A stretch of 64,000 nucleotides of DNA, from assembly GCF_036321535.1 (NCBI RefSeq), contig NC_087436.1, forward strand, positions 7,192,001 to 7,256,000, read 5' to 3'. Below, piece after piece: positions 39,226 to 51,368 of this stretch (the first letter of the stretch is position 1; every line of letters starts with the position of its first letter). The DNA is from Camelus dromedarius (taxonomy: Eukaryota). The notes below the pieces were generated by a model. That model was given only the letters and a program-made list of their open reading frames with translations, did no database searches and was not told where the DNA came from. The position numbers were made by a program, and so were the translations under genes.

Positions 39226-39734
39226 TGTAATAGGGAAGAATAAATCTGACTCCATATGAGATCTGTTCCTTTGGCTCTAACCCTGGGCTCTGTTTCCTGG
39301 GCTCAGTCACGCTGGTCCTTCACCTTTTGTAAAAGGATGTTGCCTAGAGCCTGAAATAGACAGGAGAGCCTGTTCTTAAGAGTATGACAATTTTCAATTC
39401 ATATAAAGATAAAAAGCTGCAGAATAGAAAATAACATTTGTCTTGTTGGAGGTTTACAGGGACACCATGTTCTGACCCACGTGGACGGCTGCAAGAACAA
39501 AGGATTCTGATATCAAGAAGTTTGCAACAACCAACCACACCCCCTGCCCTCTTTAGTATGAAAGGAGCCTGAATTCTGACTTGGGGAAGATGGCTCCCCA
39601 TGACATGAGTCTGCCATCTTCTCAGTCTGCTGACTTTCTGAATCAAGTTGTTCATTATTCCTTGCCCTAACACCCCCTCTCCTGACTTATTGGCCTGTCA
39701 TGCGGCGAGTGGGATGAGTTTGGACTCGGTAGCA
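39226..39734 (+). mobile_element. ERV1-class solo LTR, family A copy 2
   Basis: tgtaatagggaagaa...ctcggtagca with a perfect TSD TAGG (39222-39225, 39735-39738). Confidence 0.9.
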
Positions 39735-39744
39735 TAGGTGGTAT

Positions 39745-40060
39745 GTCTGTGTCAGGATGGTAGTAATGAATAATTCCCAAGTCTCAATAGATGTGACATA
39801 ATTAGTCTTTAATTGTCACCTGTGCTACACATCCAGTGTTGGTTCACAGGAGGTTTCTGCTCATGGTAACTGCTCAGGCGCCCTGACAGTGGAAGCTTTA
39901 CTTGGTATATATGCCAGTGATCCCCTCAGGGGTAGATTGCATCCTGTCTCCTAAAGTCTCCGATGGAAATGACACATCACTGTTGCTCGTTTGTCATTGG
40001 CCAAAATAAGCGGGTGGCCACCCCTTTCCAACTTCAACATTTGTTCAACAGCGCTAGTGA
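39745..40060 (-). mobile_element. Old MaLR LTR fragment (MLT1J/K-like)
   Basis: ggaaatgacacatcactgttgctcgtttgtcattggccaaaataag. Confidence 0.55.
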
Positions 40061-40069
40061 GCACCAGTG

Positions 40070-40300
40070 ATCAGAGTGGTAAAGAGTAAGATTTTAGCAT
40101 CCAACAAGCTGGCTCAAATTCTCTCTTGGATCCTTGCTGTCTGTGACTTTTGGCAAGTTATTTAATCTTTCTCTTGTCTCATTATTTTCTCATCTGTAAA
40201 ATGGCGCCGATAACAGTACATTCTCATTGAGTTTTGAAAATCGAATGAGTTAATACGTGTCGAACTTTTGTACCACTGTTTGATGTTTCAGTCAATCGAT
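40070..40300 (+). mobile_element. MIR SINE
   Basis: gtgacttttggcaagttatttaatcttt...ttttctcatctgtaaaatgg. Confidence 0.8.
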
Positions 40301-41781
40301 ATTAACTATCATTTTACACCGTATTTCACTTTTCCTGCGTTACAATATAACTTCTGTCCACATGATCATCTCCCCTACAGGAGTGCGCTCCTTGTCAGCG
40401 GGAATCTCCTTGTTGTGACTTTACAGCCTCCAGAGGAGGAACGCAACCAGTATTTGATTCCCTCTGACTTTCCAGCTCTTTCCGATCATTAGAACACTAA
40501 TTACAACCTTACTGCCTCTGGGCAGCAACTTACACTTGATGATGTGCAGAAATTAATTTAGCTTTCTTATATACTCAGCCAACAGCAGAGTGTCTTATCT
40601 GCTGAGATAACTTGGATTAGTAAAGAGACTTCAAGAAGCAAATAACTAATTTCTACCCGTTTAGCTTTTATTCCTAGGACACTGGAGGGACTTGTGGAAG
40701 GGGAAAAACACTCCTCACACTCCTTGTTTTGTTAAAAATAAAATAGTTCCAAAGTCCTAAAATTGGAAAACATTTTCTTCTGCCAAATGTTTCAGTAAAG
40801 TTTCATGAACAATATATGAATTACATAGACTTTAAATGACACGAGGGTAACAAGAACATATCCAACTTCAATGCAATTTCACTCACAATTTGATTTGGCA
40901 AGGCGAGAAAAATAGGTTCCTTAAAAACTGTCAGAATTGCAGGACAGGGTTGTTGACAGCCGTGAAGAAAATTTGAGTAATACTGTGCTGAAAAGGTCAA
41001 CGTGTCTTGTTGATACTGGTTGGTGGGATGGGAGGGGCCTCTGGGATTGTCTGTGTCCCCCCTTGGGGACACATATCGCAGTGGAAGTTTTACAGGTCAG
41101 ACTTCCTAAGATAAGGGGCAGGCTTTGTTTTCTCCCGATAGTTCTGAACTCAAAGGTCATTCATGAACTTTGTTGAATCACTTTTCTCCCCAAAGCTCAA
41201 GCAAAGAATGTGGGTTAATAAAACTAGGTAATAGTCAGGTTTGCAGGAGACATGGGGATTGTTATTCTGTGCCTTTTTACCGAATTTAATATCATGTTTG
41301 GAGAGAAAGTAAAAATACAGGAAAACTTGTGAAGAAACTTTTGGCCAAAAAAATAAATAAATAAACACATCTGGGTTCAAATTTTTTTTTTAATTCCATA
41401 CTTCATCACTCTGGGTCACCTTCCGCTAAATACCTTCCTCCTTTCCAAGATGCATGGCTTTTGAAGGTAAACCTATATTCCAAATAAAATAATTAGCTAT
41501 TGTAAAATAATTTCAGTGTTTGATGCAAAAACTAAATGTTTCTAATATTAAGATGAGAGCCATTTAATAAGGAAATAGATCTTTTGACCAATGACTCTTC
41601 CTGATATGCGCCATTCCGCAGTACGTTGCATCCCATTTTAGAACGTTTTGTAAGATGTGTCATTGCAGCGCCCCTGTCATTTCATAGCTATGAATATTTA
41701 CACTGTAAAACCACATTACAGCAAATATTGGGATGAATTAAAAGTCCTGATATTTTTCCATTTAAAAAATACTTCTGTGGT

Positions 41782-41906
41782 GGGGTGGGAATAGCTCAGT
41801 GGTAGAGCATATGCTTAGCATGCACGAGGTCCTGGGTTCAATCCCCAGTTCCCCCATTGAAAAAATAAAGAAAAAGAAAAACAAAACAAAAAAACCCCCC
41901 AAAAAA
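41782..41906 (+). mobile_element. tRNA-derived SINE (camelid Vic-1-like)
   Basis: tagctcagtggtagagcatatgcttagcatgcacgaggtcctgggttcaatcccc is tRNA-Ala-like, followed by an A-rich tail. Confidence 0.92.
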
Positions 41907-42194
41907 CACCTGGAGCTTTTAAGATTGATGGAGTAGATCATCTTTTTAATTTTTGTTTTTGAGTAGATCATTTTTAAAAACCTTTATCCAGGTGTTAGTA
42001 TTGTGCACACTTGGATTAGAAAATAATTCCCAGGTTGTGGGCCCCTGGAAAAGCCATGTGACTCTGTTGCTCTGAAACCTAGCTGCATGGGGCGCCCTCT
42101 TGCACATAGTGTATCTGCCCCTCCTGATACTCTCAGAGCTGCATCAACTGCCTGCAGGCTGCAGGAACGTGACACAACTTTCATCCACAGGGAG

Positions 42195-42566
42195 GAACAT
42201 CAGTTTCACAGAGAACAGAACAGTGGTTGCCAGGCAGGGACCGCGGGGTGGGGTGGGGGGTGGGGAGATACAGGTCAAAGAGTACAAACTTACAGTTATA
42301 AGAATTAAGCTCCAAGGATCTACTGTACAACATGCTGATGAAGGTTAATAGTAATGTGCTGTATACTCAACCGTGTCTGAGAGTAGATCTTAAGCGTTCT
42401 CTCCAGACACACAAAAAAGAGTTGACTATGTGAGGTGGTGTATGTGTTAAGTATCTTGACCTTGGTAATCATTCCACAGTGTATATCAAGTCTTCACCTT
42501 GTACACCTTAAACATAGGCAATTATATTTGTCAATTATTCCTCAGTAAAGTTGGAAATAAGAAAAT
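42195..42566 (+). mobile_element. L1 3'UTR (L1MA-like)
   Basis: agaacagtggttgccagg...ggtcaaagagtacaaacttacagttataag...gagtagatcttaagcgttctc. Confidence 0.85.
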
Positions 42567-43884
42567 CTGCTATTTCAGTCTACTGTCTCCCCACCTCCCC
42601 TCAGGGCTGTTCCTTATAAAAATGTTTTGAAACATTAAATATTTTTCTTTGATGTTCTGTAGGAGGTTCGCAGAAGTGGACAGTAAAATCCTGTCATTCT
42701 TAGTATTACAACAGCAACGATGTTGAAATTCACTTATATTTATCTACATCAGGTGACTAATTGGTTGCTCCAGTGAATTCTTCTCAGAGACGAGATGGAA
42801 TATACTATCAATTGGATTCAAATTACTTTTTATAAAGTGAGGTTGGGGATGAGGTCAGGAGTGAAAAAGTAGGGTTTAAGTTTCTCTAAATACTGGTGAC
42901 CTTCTGTCACATTGGGACTATGGAGAATGTAAAATGACATGGTAAAATTCTCTTGTGCTATCAAATAAAACATTCAACACTAGATAAAGTAAAGCTTTAA
43001 TATACACATTAACTGAAACAAATTTGCCTAATTTATTCTGCGAGTTAGGCGTCGCCGTAACACGTGATGTCTCATTCTCTTTCTCTCACATGGAGGAGGA
43101 TCATGGCAGACCTGCGTGAAAAAGGGCGAGAATCTGGCAAAAGAGGCTAACCAACCATTTTGCTCAAACCGAGAATTCAAAAAGACCCTAAAAGTAAAAA
43201 TGTGTGTGCACTAATGCAGCTCACTCCGTGCAGTCAAATGTCTAATTGCCTCTCTTGGCTTTTCCACTCGTAACAGTCCGGGCAGGTGTCACGCCAGCCC
43301 ACGTTTGCTGTAATTATAGAGCATCTTACCACCTGGGTAGAAAACTACTGAAACGTTGCACGGAAATCTTTCAATGTAATAAAATTGCTTCTCAAGACAT
43401 ACATCTAAAGGTAGAAAAGATACGAACAGAGCACTGCATATATTACTAACAGCAACTATGTCATTTCTTAAAAGAGTCACTGGATTCTTCCTTTCTCTTA
43501 CCCTGACTCTCTGGACGAGGGTCGAGCAGATGTTCAAGGTCACTGTCATTCATTTTCCGCGGTCCCAAGGACCTTTGAATGATTCAGCATAACCAAATGG
43601 CCATACCGTTGTAAAAGACATTAACATTCCTATTAAGCTCTTGAGAATTTTGACCTTTCTTAAATGTCAGAAAAGGGATATTCTGCAGATAAATTGTGAT
43701 CGACTGGATGCATCCATATACCAAGTGTTTGGGCTCCTCTGTCTACCTCAGACCCCACGGGAAGTGACGGATTTAATGAAATGCTCTTTTCTATTATGTG
43801 AGACTATGATGATTTTCTTAGAGGCTCTCTTGACAGAGAAAATGCTACAGGATCTGACACTGGTGATCATAGAATTGTGTTCAT

Positions 43885-44030
43885 CTAAACCAGTCCTCAC
43901 GTTTTACAAATGGGAAAACTGAGGCTCAGAGAAATGAAACGATTTGCCCCAAATCAGTCAGCCAGTCAGCAGCAGAGCTGGGAACAGAATCCAGGTCTTC
44001 TGACTCCAAGCCTGATAGTCTTTCTACTTA
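43885..44030 (-). mobile_element. MIR SINE
   Basis: ttttacaaatgggaaaactgaggctcagaga...agaatccaggtcttctgactcc. Confidence 0.8.
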
Positions 44031-45441
44031 ATCACCAGGACTGCACTTCGTCTCCCCTATACTTTTCTGTCCTTTTATGCAATTCATTATACGCTGAAGT
44101 TTCAAGCGGAGGAATTGAATTTTTCATTATAATTTTAATAAGGTGCCACAAAACATGAAATTCACATTTGAATCCCAATTTTCTTTCCTGGACCGAGAAG
44201 AGTTCTGAATAGTAAGGACAAGCCTAGCCACATAAATGATCATCGTGTCTGGTCTTCCCAATTTTGATGGCTATTACCTGTGTTACTATAAACCCAAACA
44301 CATCTCTTACTGTGCCTTTTTCGGGTTTACAATCCTGTACACAGCTAATTATTAGCCCTACTGGCTCTTTGACTAATTTGGTTTTCTTCTGGTTCAAATA
44401 ATCCTGGCTTAGGCTGTAGAAATCTCTGAATTCCTTGAAGAAAAGCAAAACTTCTGTCAGGAAGCCTGAAAATGTTGGGAAGCGGGTGGTGTGTGCATGC
44501 ATGTTTGTATATATGCGTGCTCCGTGTGCAAATCTTTTCCCTGCACAAGATCCAAGGAATTTACTTTTTCCTCTGCAAAACCCCCAGGGTATTACCACTG
44601 CCTTTTAAGTGTCGATTCTCTGCACTTAAATTGTGAGTTTCCTACACAGAAACAGCTGGGTAGGGTTCTCTTTGGTAGTAGCCGACAAGGTTGACATTCA
44701 CTGGGATTAAGGGAAAAATCCATTGCCTAAGAGATAACATTTTTTAAAAAAAAAAAGATGTTATAAACCAGATAGGAAACTACATGGAGTCAGATTCATC
44801 CTTTCTTAAAATTAGCTGGAATCCCTGTGAACTTCACTTTAATCTCAAAGAACATACTTGTAAGGTTATCTATGAAGCCAATTCTAACATGTACATGGCC
44901 TTTGAGAGTTCTGAGAGAGGGGTTTCATCTGCTTTACATTGATTATACAGAGTGAAATACCGTCGTTCGGACAGCGTGCTGGTTTTCATGTTGTCGAGAT
45001 AGATTTTGCACTGAGATGGCATTCGGTCTCCTTCCCGCTGGCTGGCAGCCTCCCACTTTGTACTGTCAGCTCTGAAAACCTCTTTGCCTTTTGCCCAGGT
45101 CTCCCACTGGGTACAATCATCTTACCAGCCAAGGAGCAGCCCCCCTCTTCAAGGGTCCCTATAGGGAATCACATTTTATGACCGAAATAAATCGTTGTAA
45201 CTGAAAAGGTCTTTGATCATCACTCAGCCCAGCCCTTCCACGTAATAAACGAGGGCCAGGGAGGGGAAGAGCCTCGCTCAAGTGCAGAACCTCTTAGTGG
45301 CTCGGTGGAAACGGGGTCCCTGTGTCCCAACTGTAACCTCCTGCTGACTCTGCTTTTCCTCATTCTCTCTCTTTGATAGGCTATAAAAATTTGGTCAGAT
45401 TTGATATGATGAAATCTCTATAAAGTTAATGATCATTCAAA

Positions 45442-45934
45442 TTTTTTTATTGAAGTGTAATTGATTTACAGTGTTAATTTCAGGTGCACAGCAAAGTGAT
45501 TCAGTTATACATACACATACACATATAAGTGTATTTTTTTTTCAGATTCTTTTCCATGATACATTATTACAAGATACTGAACATAGTTCCCTGTGCTGTA
45601 CAGTAGGTCCTTGTTGTTTATCTCTTTTATATACAGTAGTGTGTATCTGTTAATCCCCAACCCCTAATTTGTCCCTCCCTGCCCTTTCCCCTTGGGTAAT
45701 CATAATTTGTTTTCTATGTCTGTGAATCTGTTTTTGGTTTGTAAATAAAATTTATATCACTTTTTTAGATTCCACATATAAGTGATATCATATGATATTT
45801 GTCTTTGTCTGACTTACTTCAATTAGTATGATAATCTCTAGGTCCATCCGTGTTGCTGCAAATGGCATTATTTCATTCTTTTTATGGCTGAGTAGTATTC
45901 CATTGTATATATGTACCACATCTTCTTTATCCAG
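45442..45934 (-). mobile_element. 5'-truncated L1
   Basis: Antisense 3'UTR homologous to the copies at 7280 and 18544. Confidence 0.9.
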
Positions 45935-46663
45935 TCATTTTAAATTGGTCATTTTTGGTTATTTTAAAGCAACAAGACTTTATAATCCTCAGAAAGCCCA
46001 AAAGTACCCAGAATCTGCAGTCTTCAAATATTTCTCTGCACATGATGGGCTGCACCTCTTTGTTTTAGCTGACTCTGTGGCTCGTGTAATATCTGTCATG
46101 TCCACTGAGGGCCCAGCTTGAATCTGACTATTGCCGCCAACACAGCTGGGTGTGGGGGATGCTTGGAGGTCTGGTGGGGGGACCTGCTAGGAGGATATTC
46201 AAGTAAGAGATTAAGGAGAATTTTGGAAATGAAATCTCTGCTGCTGGGTAAAGAGGGAGTAAAATGCAGAAGCTGGATTGACAGACTATCTCGTGAAGAA
46301 TAAATGGGGATGAAGATGGGGATACAAAATGTGAGAGAACAACCCGGATTCTGTAACTAACGTGTGTCCCGTAGCCGTGCCACACAAACCAGTGAACGCA
46401 TCCATGGGCGAGAGGGGCTTAGAAAAAGTTTAAAAAAGAAATTAAATCAGGAAAAAAAAGCTATTTGAACTAAAATCTCCACGAGACATTTAGCACATTA
46501 TGTTAAACTCGGAACACACAGAAAAACACAGGAAAGTCAGTCTCTTCGCTTCTAAGTGGAATTCAGCATTGCTTAAATCTCTGAAGGCCTTTTGATAACC
46601 CACAGCTCCGATATTAGTGGGATCTGTTCTTTACTTTTTCCCTGGATCAGACCCCAAACTCTT

Positions 46664-46808
46664 TTAAAAATTTTTTATGTATGTATTTATGTATGTTTTG
46701 GGGGGGAGATAATTTGGTTTTATTTATTTTAATGGAGGTACTGGAGATTGAACCCAGGACCTCATGTATGCTAAGCATGCACTCTACCACTGAGCTATTA
46801 CCCACCCC
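46664..46808 (-). mobile_element. tRNA-derived SINE (camelid Vic-1-like)
   Basis: gattgaacccaggacctcatgtatgctaagcatgcactctaccactgagcta. TSD cagacc(c/t)caaactctt at 46648 and 46821. Confidence 0.9.
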
Positions 46809-47476
46809 ATCCTCGCTGCACAGACCTCAAACTCTTAACCACGTTCTTGTGTGAGAAAGATGACAGACAGCTTGGAGAATGTAGGATCTGTTTGGATAAG
46901 AGGCTGAAGACCGCTTGGGAGAAGGACTTTTCTGGAAGGTCTGGACAAAAGCCATCATGCTTTGACATTGTCTTGGAGAAGGAGCCACAAGAGGAAGATG
47001 AAGGCAACCCCTCCTCTTTGCCACCCACTGCCACTCCAATTTTGTATTGTGGGGGGCCCACACTATCAGTGGCGGGGATGCCCAGCGCTGCCTTCTGGAA
47101 AATGGTAGTCATGCCTGGCAGACCGTGCAAGAATGGCAGGGCCGACCAGCAAAGAAGAGGCAACTTTGGGAGCTATTCTCAGTGGCGATAGCATCGTGCC
47201 CAGTGGGAGCAATGGCTGGAAGAAGACGTGGAATTTTTGTACCCAGGGGATGCTCATTACACCCTCCTCAAACACTTGGACACCTTTCACGGGACTCTTG
47301 GGGAGCAGATTCAGAGGCTGCTATGGTTCTCTGAGAGTGGCTGATGGAAATAGGGTGGAAACGTGAGTTATCTTTGCTCTCTTGCTTCTCGGGTCTTGCA
47401 GCCCTACTTGTTTTGAGGTTAGAAGCACATCTATTTACTTGCATCTCAAATCAATAAATTAAAGAATACTTTTATG

Positions 47477-47604
47477 GGGGGTGAGTAATAGTTCAGTGGT
47501 AGAGCCCATGCTTAGTGTGCTTGAGGTCCTGGGTTCAATCTCCAGTACCTCCATTAAAAAGAAAAAAAAAAAGCTAAAAAAAAAAAAAGAGTAAAAATTA
47601 AAAA
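47477..47604 (+). mobile_element. tRNA-derived SINE (camelid Vic-1-like)
   Basis: tagttcagtggtagagc...gtcctgggttcaatctcc plus an A tail. Degenerate TSD aaagaa....tttatg at 47461 and 47605. Confidence 0.9.
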
Positions 47605-49059
47605 AAAGAACATATTTATGAATATTGGCATGCTTATGAAGATTACAATATATTATTATTATTTTCTTAATTCTCCTCAAATAATATCCGCTGAATGGAC
47701 AAACCACATATTAACTGATCCAGACTTCACATTAGCATATTACAGAGTTGATTTATCTTCGCTTTTATAACTCGGCACATCTAAAATTTTACAAAAGAAA
47801 TTTCAGTTTGTGCATTTTTCCTTCATCTGTTGGCTGCAGTGACAAACAGTGTAAGAATCACCAGGGACAAAGAATGACTTCACCAGGAACCTTTTCAGTG
47901 TCTGTGTCTAACTTTCCTTAAGGTCTCATGTCCTTAGTCAAACCGAGTCTCCAGATGGCAGTGTTGTCAGAAAGATCTAGGAAAATAGATGACCCAAATA
48001 TAGTTTTACATTTGTGCTTCAGTTTATAAATCACTGCTTTCATTTTTTGAACTGTTTTTCAGGTCAAAGCAGTTTCAAGATCCCTCTTCAGCACTTACTG
48101 GCCATTCTGGCCCTTTTCTTCCCATTTTCTGTGTATTAGACACTTTTCCAGTCCAGAATTTATAGCTCCCAGTGTCATACAAAGAGTTTGTTGAGAATCC
48201 ACTTTCCCCTTCTTTGGTAAAGTTGCTTTTAGCAGCAGCAAATGTACTTAACTATTTTGTTTTAGAGAATTGCTAATCAACATGAATTAGTATGATCAAC
48301 ACAATCATGTATATTCATGGACCCACGATAATGGGTTCTTTTTTAAAAATTGTTTTAAGAACATTTAACATGAGATCCACTTCTTGACAGATTTTTAAGT
48401 GTACAATACAGATTTGTGAACTGTGGTCACAGTCGTGTACAATGGAGCTCTAGGACTTAATAGAATATGTATCTTTGTATTTGAGAATATTTCTGAACTC
48501 ATCTCCAGGAACCTCCTTTTTTAGGACACACTTTTATTTTGTAGTAACCTTTGCACGCATTAGATATCCAGCTTGCAGGCAGAAGTGTGCGCTTCTGTAA
48601 AAGTCAGCCAAATATTGTGGGCTTTCTTTCCATGCAAATGCTTGTATACCTCTGTTCTTAGACTTTCTTCTTTGGGTCAGGATAAGCTTTTGTTCATGTG
48701 AGGACAAGACGGTGAATGCTTTCAGGTTTACACCATTTTGCAGAATTTATTCATTCTTGTTTCTTAGAAATAGGGTCCCATTAGCATGATAAATAAAAAA
48801 GCCAATGGCATATTCTTTGCTGAATAAATGATTCAGACAGTTGAATTCCTAAATGACCTTGGGGCCCTACAAGGTCCTTCCTCAAAACCACATGCCCTGG
48901 GTCTAAACTCATCCTAATTTATCTCTGTCTCCTCTGAAACGATAACTTTTGTGTGAGGCCTGTGTGCAAGATCTCTTAGAGGCCCCTGTTAAATGCACAC
49001 GTGGCCTTGAAAGGACAGGAGGTCTGTTTCATTAGCATAGGCGAGCAAGCTGCCACCTT

Positions 49060-49580
49060 TGTAATGGGGAAGAACAAACCTGACTCCATATGAGATCTGT
49101 TCCTTTAGCCCTAACCCTGTGCTCTTCCTTGTGCTCAGCCACGCTGGTTCTGCATCTTTTGTAAAGGGATGTTGCCTAGAGCCTGACATAGACAGGCGAG
49201 CCCATCCTCAAGGTCCTGACCTTTGAGGGTTAACACTTTCCTATTCATATAGAGATAAAATGTTGCAGAATAGAAAGTAGCATTTATCTTGTTGGAGCTT
49301 TACAGGGACATCATGACCTGACCCAATGTGGACAGCTGCAAGAACAAAGGATTCCAATATTAAGAAGTTTGCAACAACCAACCACACCCCCTCCTCTTTT
49401 GTTATAAAAGGAGCCTGAATTGGTTCTGACTTGGGTAAAATGGTTCTTTGGGACACTAGTCCCCCATCTTCTCAGTCTGCTGGCTTTCCAAATAAAGTTG
49501 TTGTTCCTTGCCTCAGCAACTTGTCTCTCGATTTATTAGCCTGTCAAGCAGGGAGCAATATGAGCTCCAACTCGGTAACT
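49060..49580 (+). mobile_element. ERV1-class solo LTR, family A copy 3
   Basis: tgtaatggggaagaac...aataaa (~49491)...ctcggtaact with TSD CCTT (49056-49059, 49581-49584). Confidence 0.9.
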
Positions 49581-49836
49581 CCTTCAGTCACTTAACTCCT
49601 AGTAATTGAGCTTCTTCTGTGTGAAAGACTGTGTAGTCAAATAAGGAGAAAGGTGGCTCCCTGAGGACATGGAGTGTTAATGTTTAATGGCTAAGAAGGC
49701 AAAAACATCTGAAGCATAGGGAAGGTGCTTCAGGGCACAGAGATACCTAGTAGATGAGCTGCAAGGTACTAAATACTAGGTACTAGATACCTAGTAGATC
49801 TCTGCAAGGGCTCACTGACACAGCAGTGGGCACACC

Positions 49837-50312
49837 TTTTCATATTCTTTTTCACTATAGATAATTACAGGATATTGAATATAGTTCCCTGTGCTATACA
49901 GTAGGACCTTGTTGTTCATCTGTTTGATATATAGTAATTAGTATCTGCAAATCTTGAACTCCCAATTTATCCCTCCACCCCCCACCATTCCCCCAGTAAC
50001 CATAAGTTTGTTCTCTATGTCTGTGAGTCTATTTTTGTTTTGTAAATAAGTTCATTTGTGTCATTTTTTTAGATTCAACATACAAGTGATACCATATGGT
50101 ATTTTTCTCTTTCTGGCTTACTTCAGTTAGAAAGATGATCTCCAGTTCCGTCCATATTGCTGCAAATAGCATACTTTTATTCTTTTTTATGACTGAGTAG
50201 TATTCCATTGTATATATATGTTGATGGACATTTAGGTTAGTTCCATGTTTTGGCCATTGTAACTAGTGCTGCTATGAACATTGGGGTGCATGTATCTTTT
50301 CAAATTAGAGTC
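49837..50312 (-). mobile_element. L1 fragment lacking its 3' terminus and tail
   Basis: Antisense L1 3'UTR/ORF2 end that begins mid-UTR at tttcatattctttttc. Confidence 0.85.
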
Positions 50313-50881
50313 TGACATATTTTAAAAGGACATACTGGCTGTATTGCAATTAGACTAGATGGGTTCAAGGGCAGAAATGGGAAGATAGAAAGTTTACCAA
50401 AATCCAGGAGAGGAATGATGATAGCTTTAATGTAATTGTATTGGTGAAAAAGGGATTGGAAGTCAGATTTGGTATTTTTATTTGAAGATAGAATTGGCAA
50501 GATTTGCTGTTCTTTAATTCCGACCTTACATATCATTGCTTTTCTTCCTTGAAGGTGAAGGTGACTGGGATGGGCTTTGAGCAAAGAGAGCAGTCATGGG
50601 CGTCCTGTAGTCAGGACGCGGGAATCTAAATACAACACTCAGGTCATGTGTAAATTCCCCAGGAGCTGAACTTGCCTCCTCCACAATTACAGTCTGTTCT
50701 GTGGAGCCCATGCTACCTGAGTATCTCGAGAAGCAATGAGCTATTCTAAAGAGCCCCCTGTTAACAAAAGCGAGACCCAGGTTGGTTGCAAGAGCCAGTG
50801 AGGGATATAGTGCAAGCTGCCATTTTCCTCTTGTTCCAGTGTGGCTTAGGAATTCGAATTCTTCATCCATCTTTTGGGAGT

Positions 50882-51368
50882 TGTGATGGTTAATTTCATC
50901 TGTCACCTTGACTGGGCCGTGGGGTTCCCAGATGAAACATCGATTCTGAGGTGACAGTCAGGATGTTTCTGGTCGAGATTAGCATTTGAATTGGTGGTTC
51001 CGTAAAGTGAATTGCTGTCCTCCGGGTGGGTGGGCATCATCCAGTCTTTTGAGGACTGAATAGAACAACAAGCAGAGTCAGGGAGGATTTGGTCCCTTCC
51101 TGCCTGTCTGCTTGAGCTGGGACATCGGTCTTCTCCTGCCTTGGCCTAGGATATGACCCGTTGGCTTCCTGATTCTCAGGACTTGAGACTGAGGGTGGAA
51201 TTACACCACAGGCTTTCCTGGGTCTCTAGTGTGCAGGTGGCAGATCGTGGGACTTCTCAGCCTCTATAATCTTGTGACACAAGTCCTTATAATAAATCTC
51301 TCTCTCTCTCTCTCTCTCTCTGAAAACCAATATACTGTTGGTTTTGTTTCTCTGGAGAACTCTAACAC
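50882..51368 (+). mobile_element. MLT2-type (ERV-L) solo LTR
   Basis: tgtgatggttaatttcatctgtcaccttgactgggc...gcagatcgtgggacttctcagcctc..aataaa(tc)n...gtttctctggagaactctaacaca. Confidence 0.9.

Noticed and set aside
41782..41860. tRNA-Ala-like sequences as real tRNA genes (also 26777, 46664, 47477, 53705)
   Set aside because: They have degenerate stems, A-rich tails and mostly TSDs, so they are SINEs.
39226..49580. Full-length provirus between two direct LTRs
   Set aside because: Each LTR has its own TSD, there is no PBS or gag/pol between them, and the interval contains older MIR and MaLR elements.
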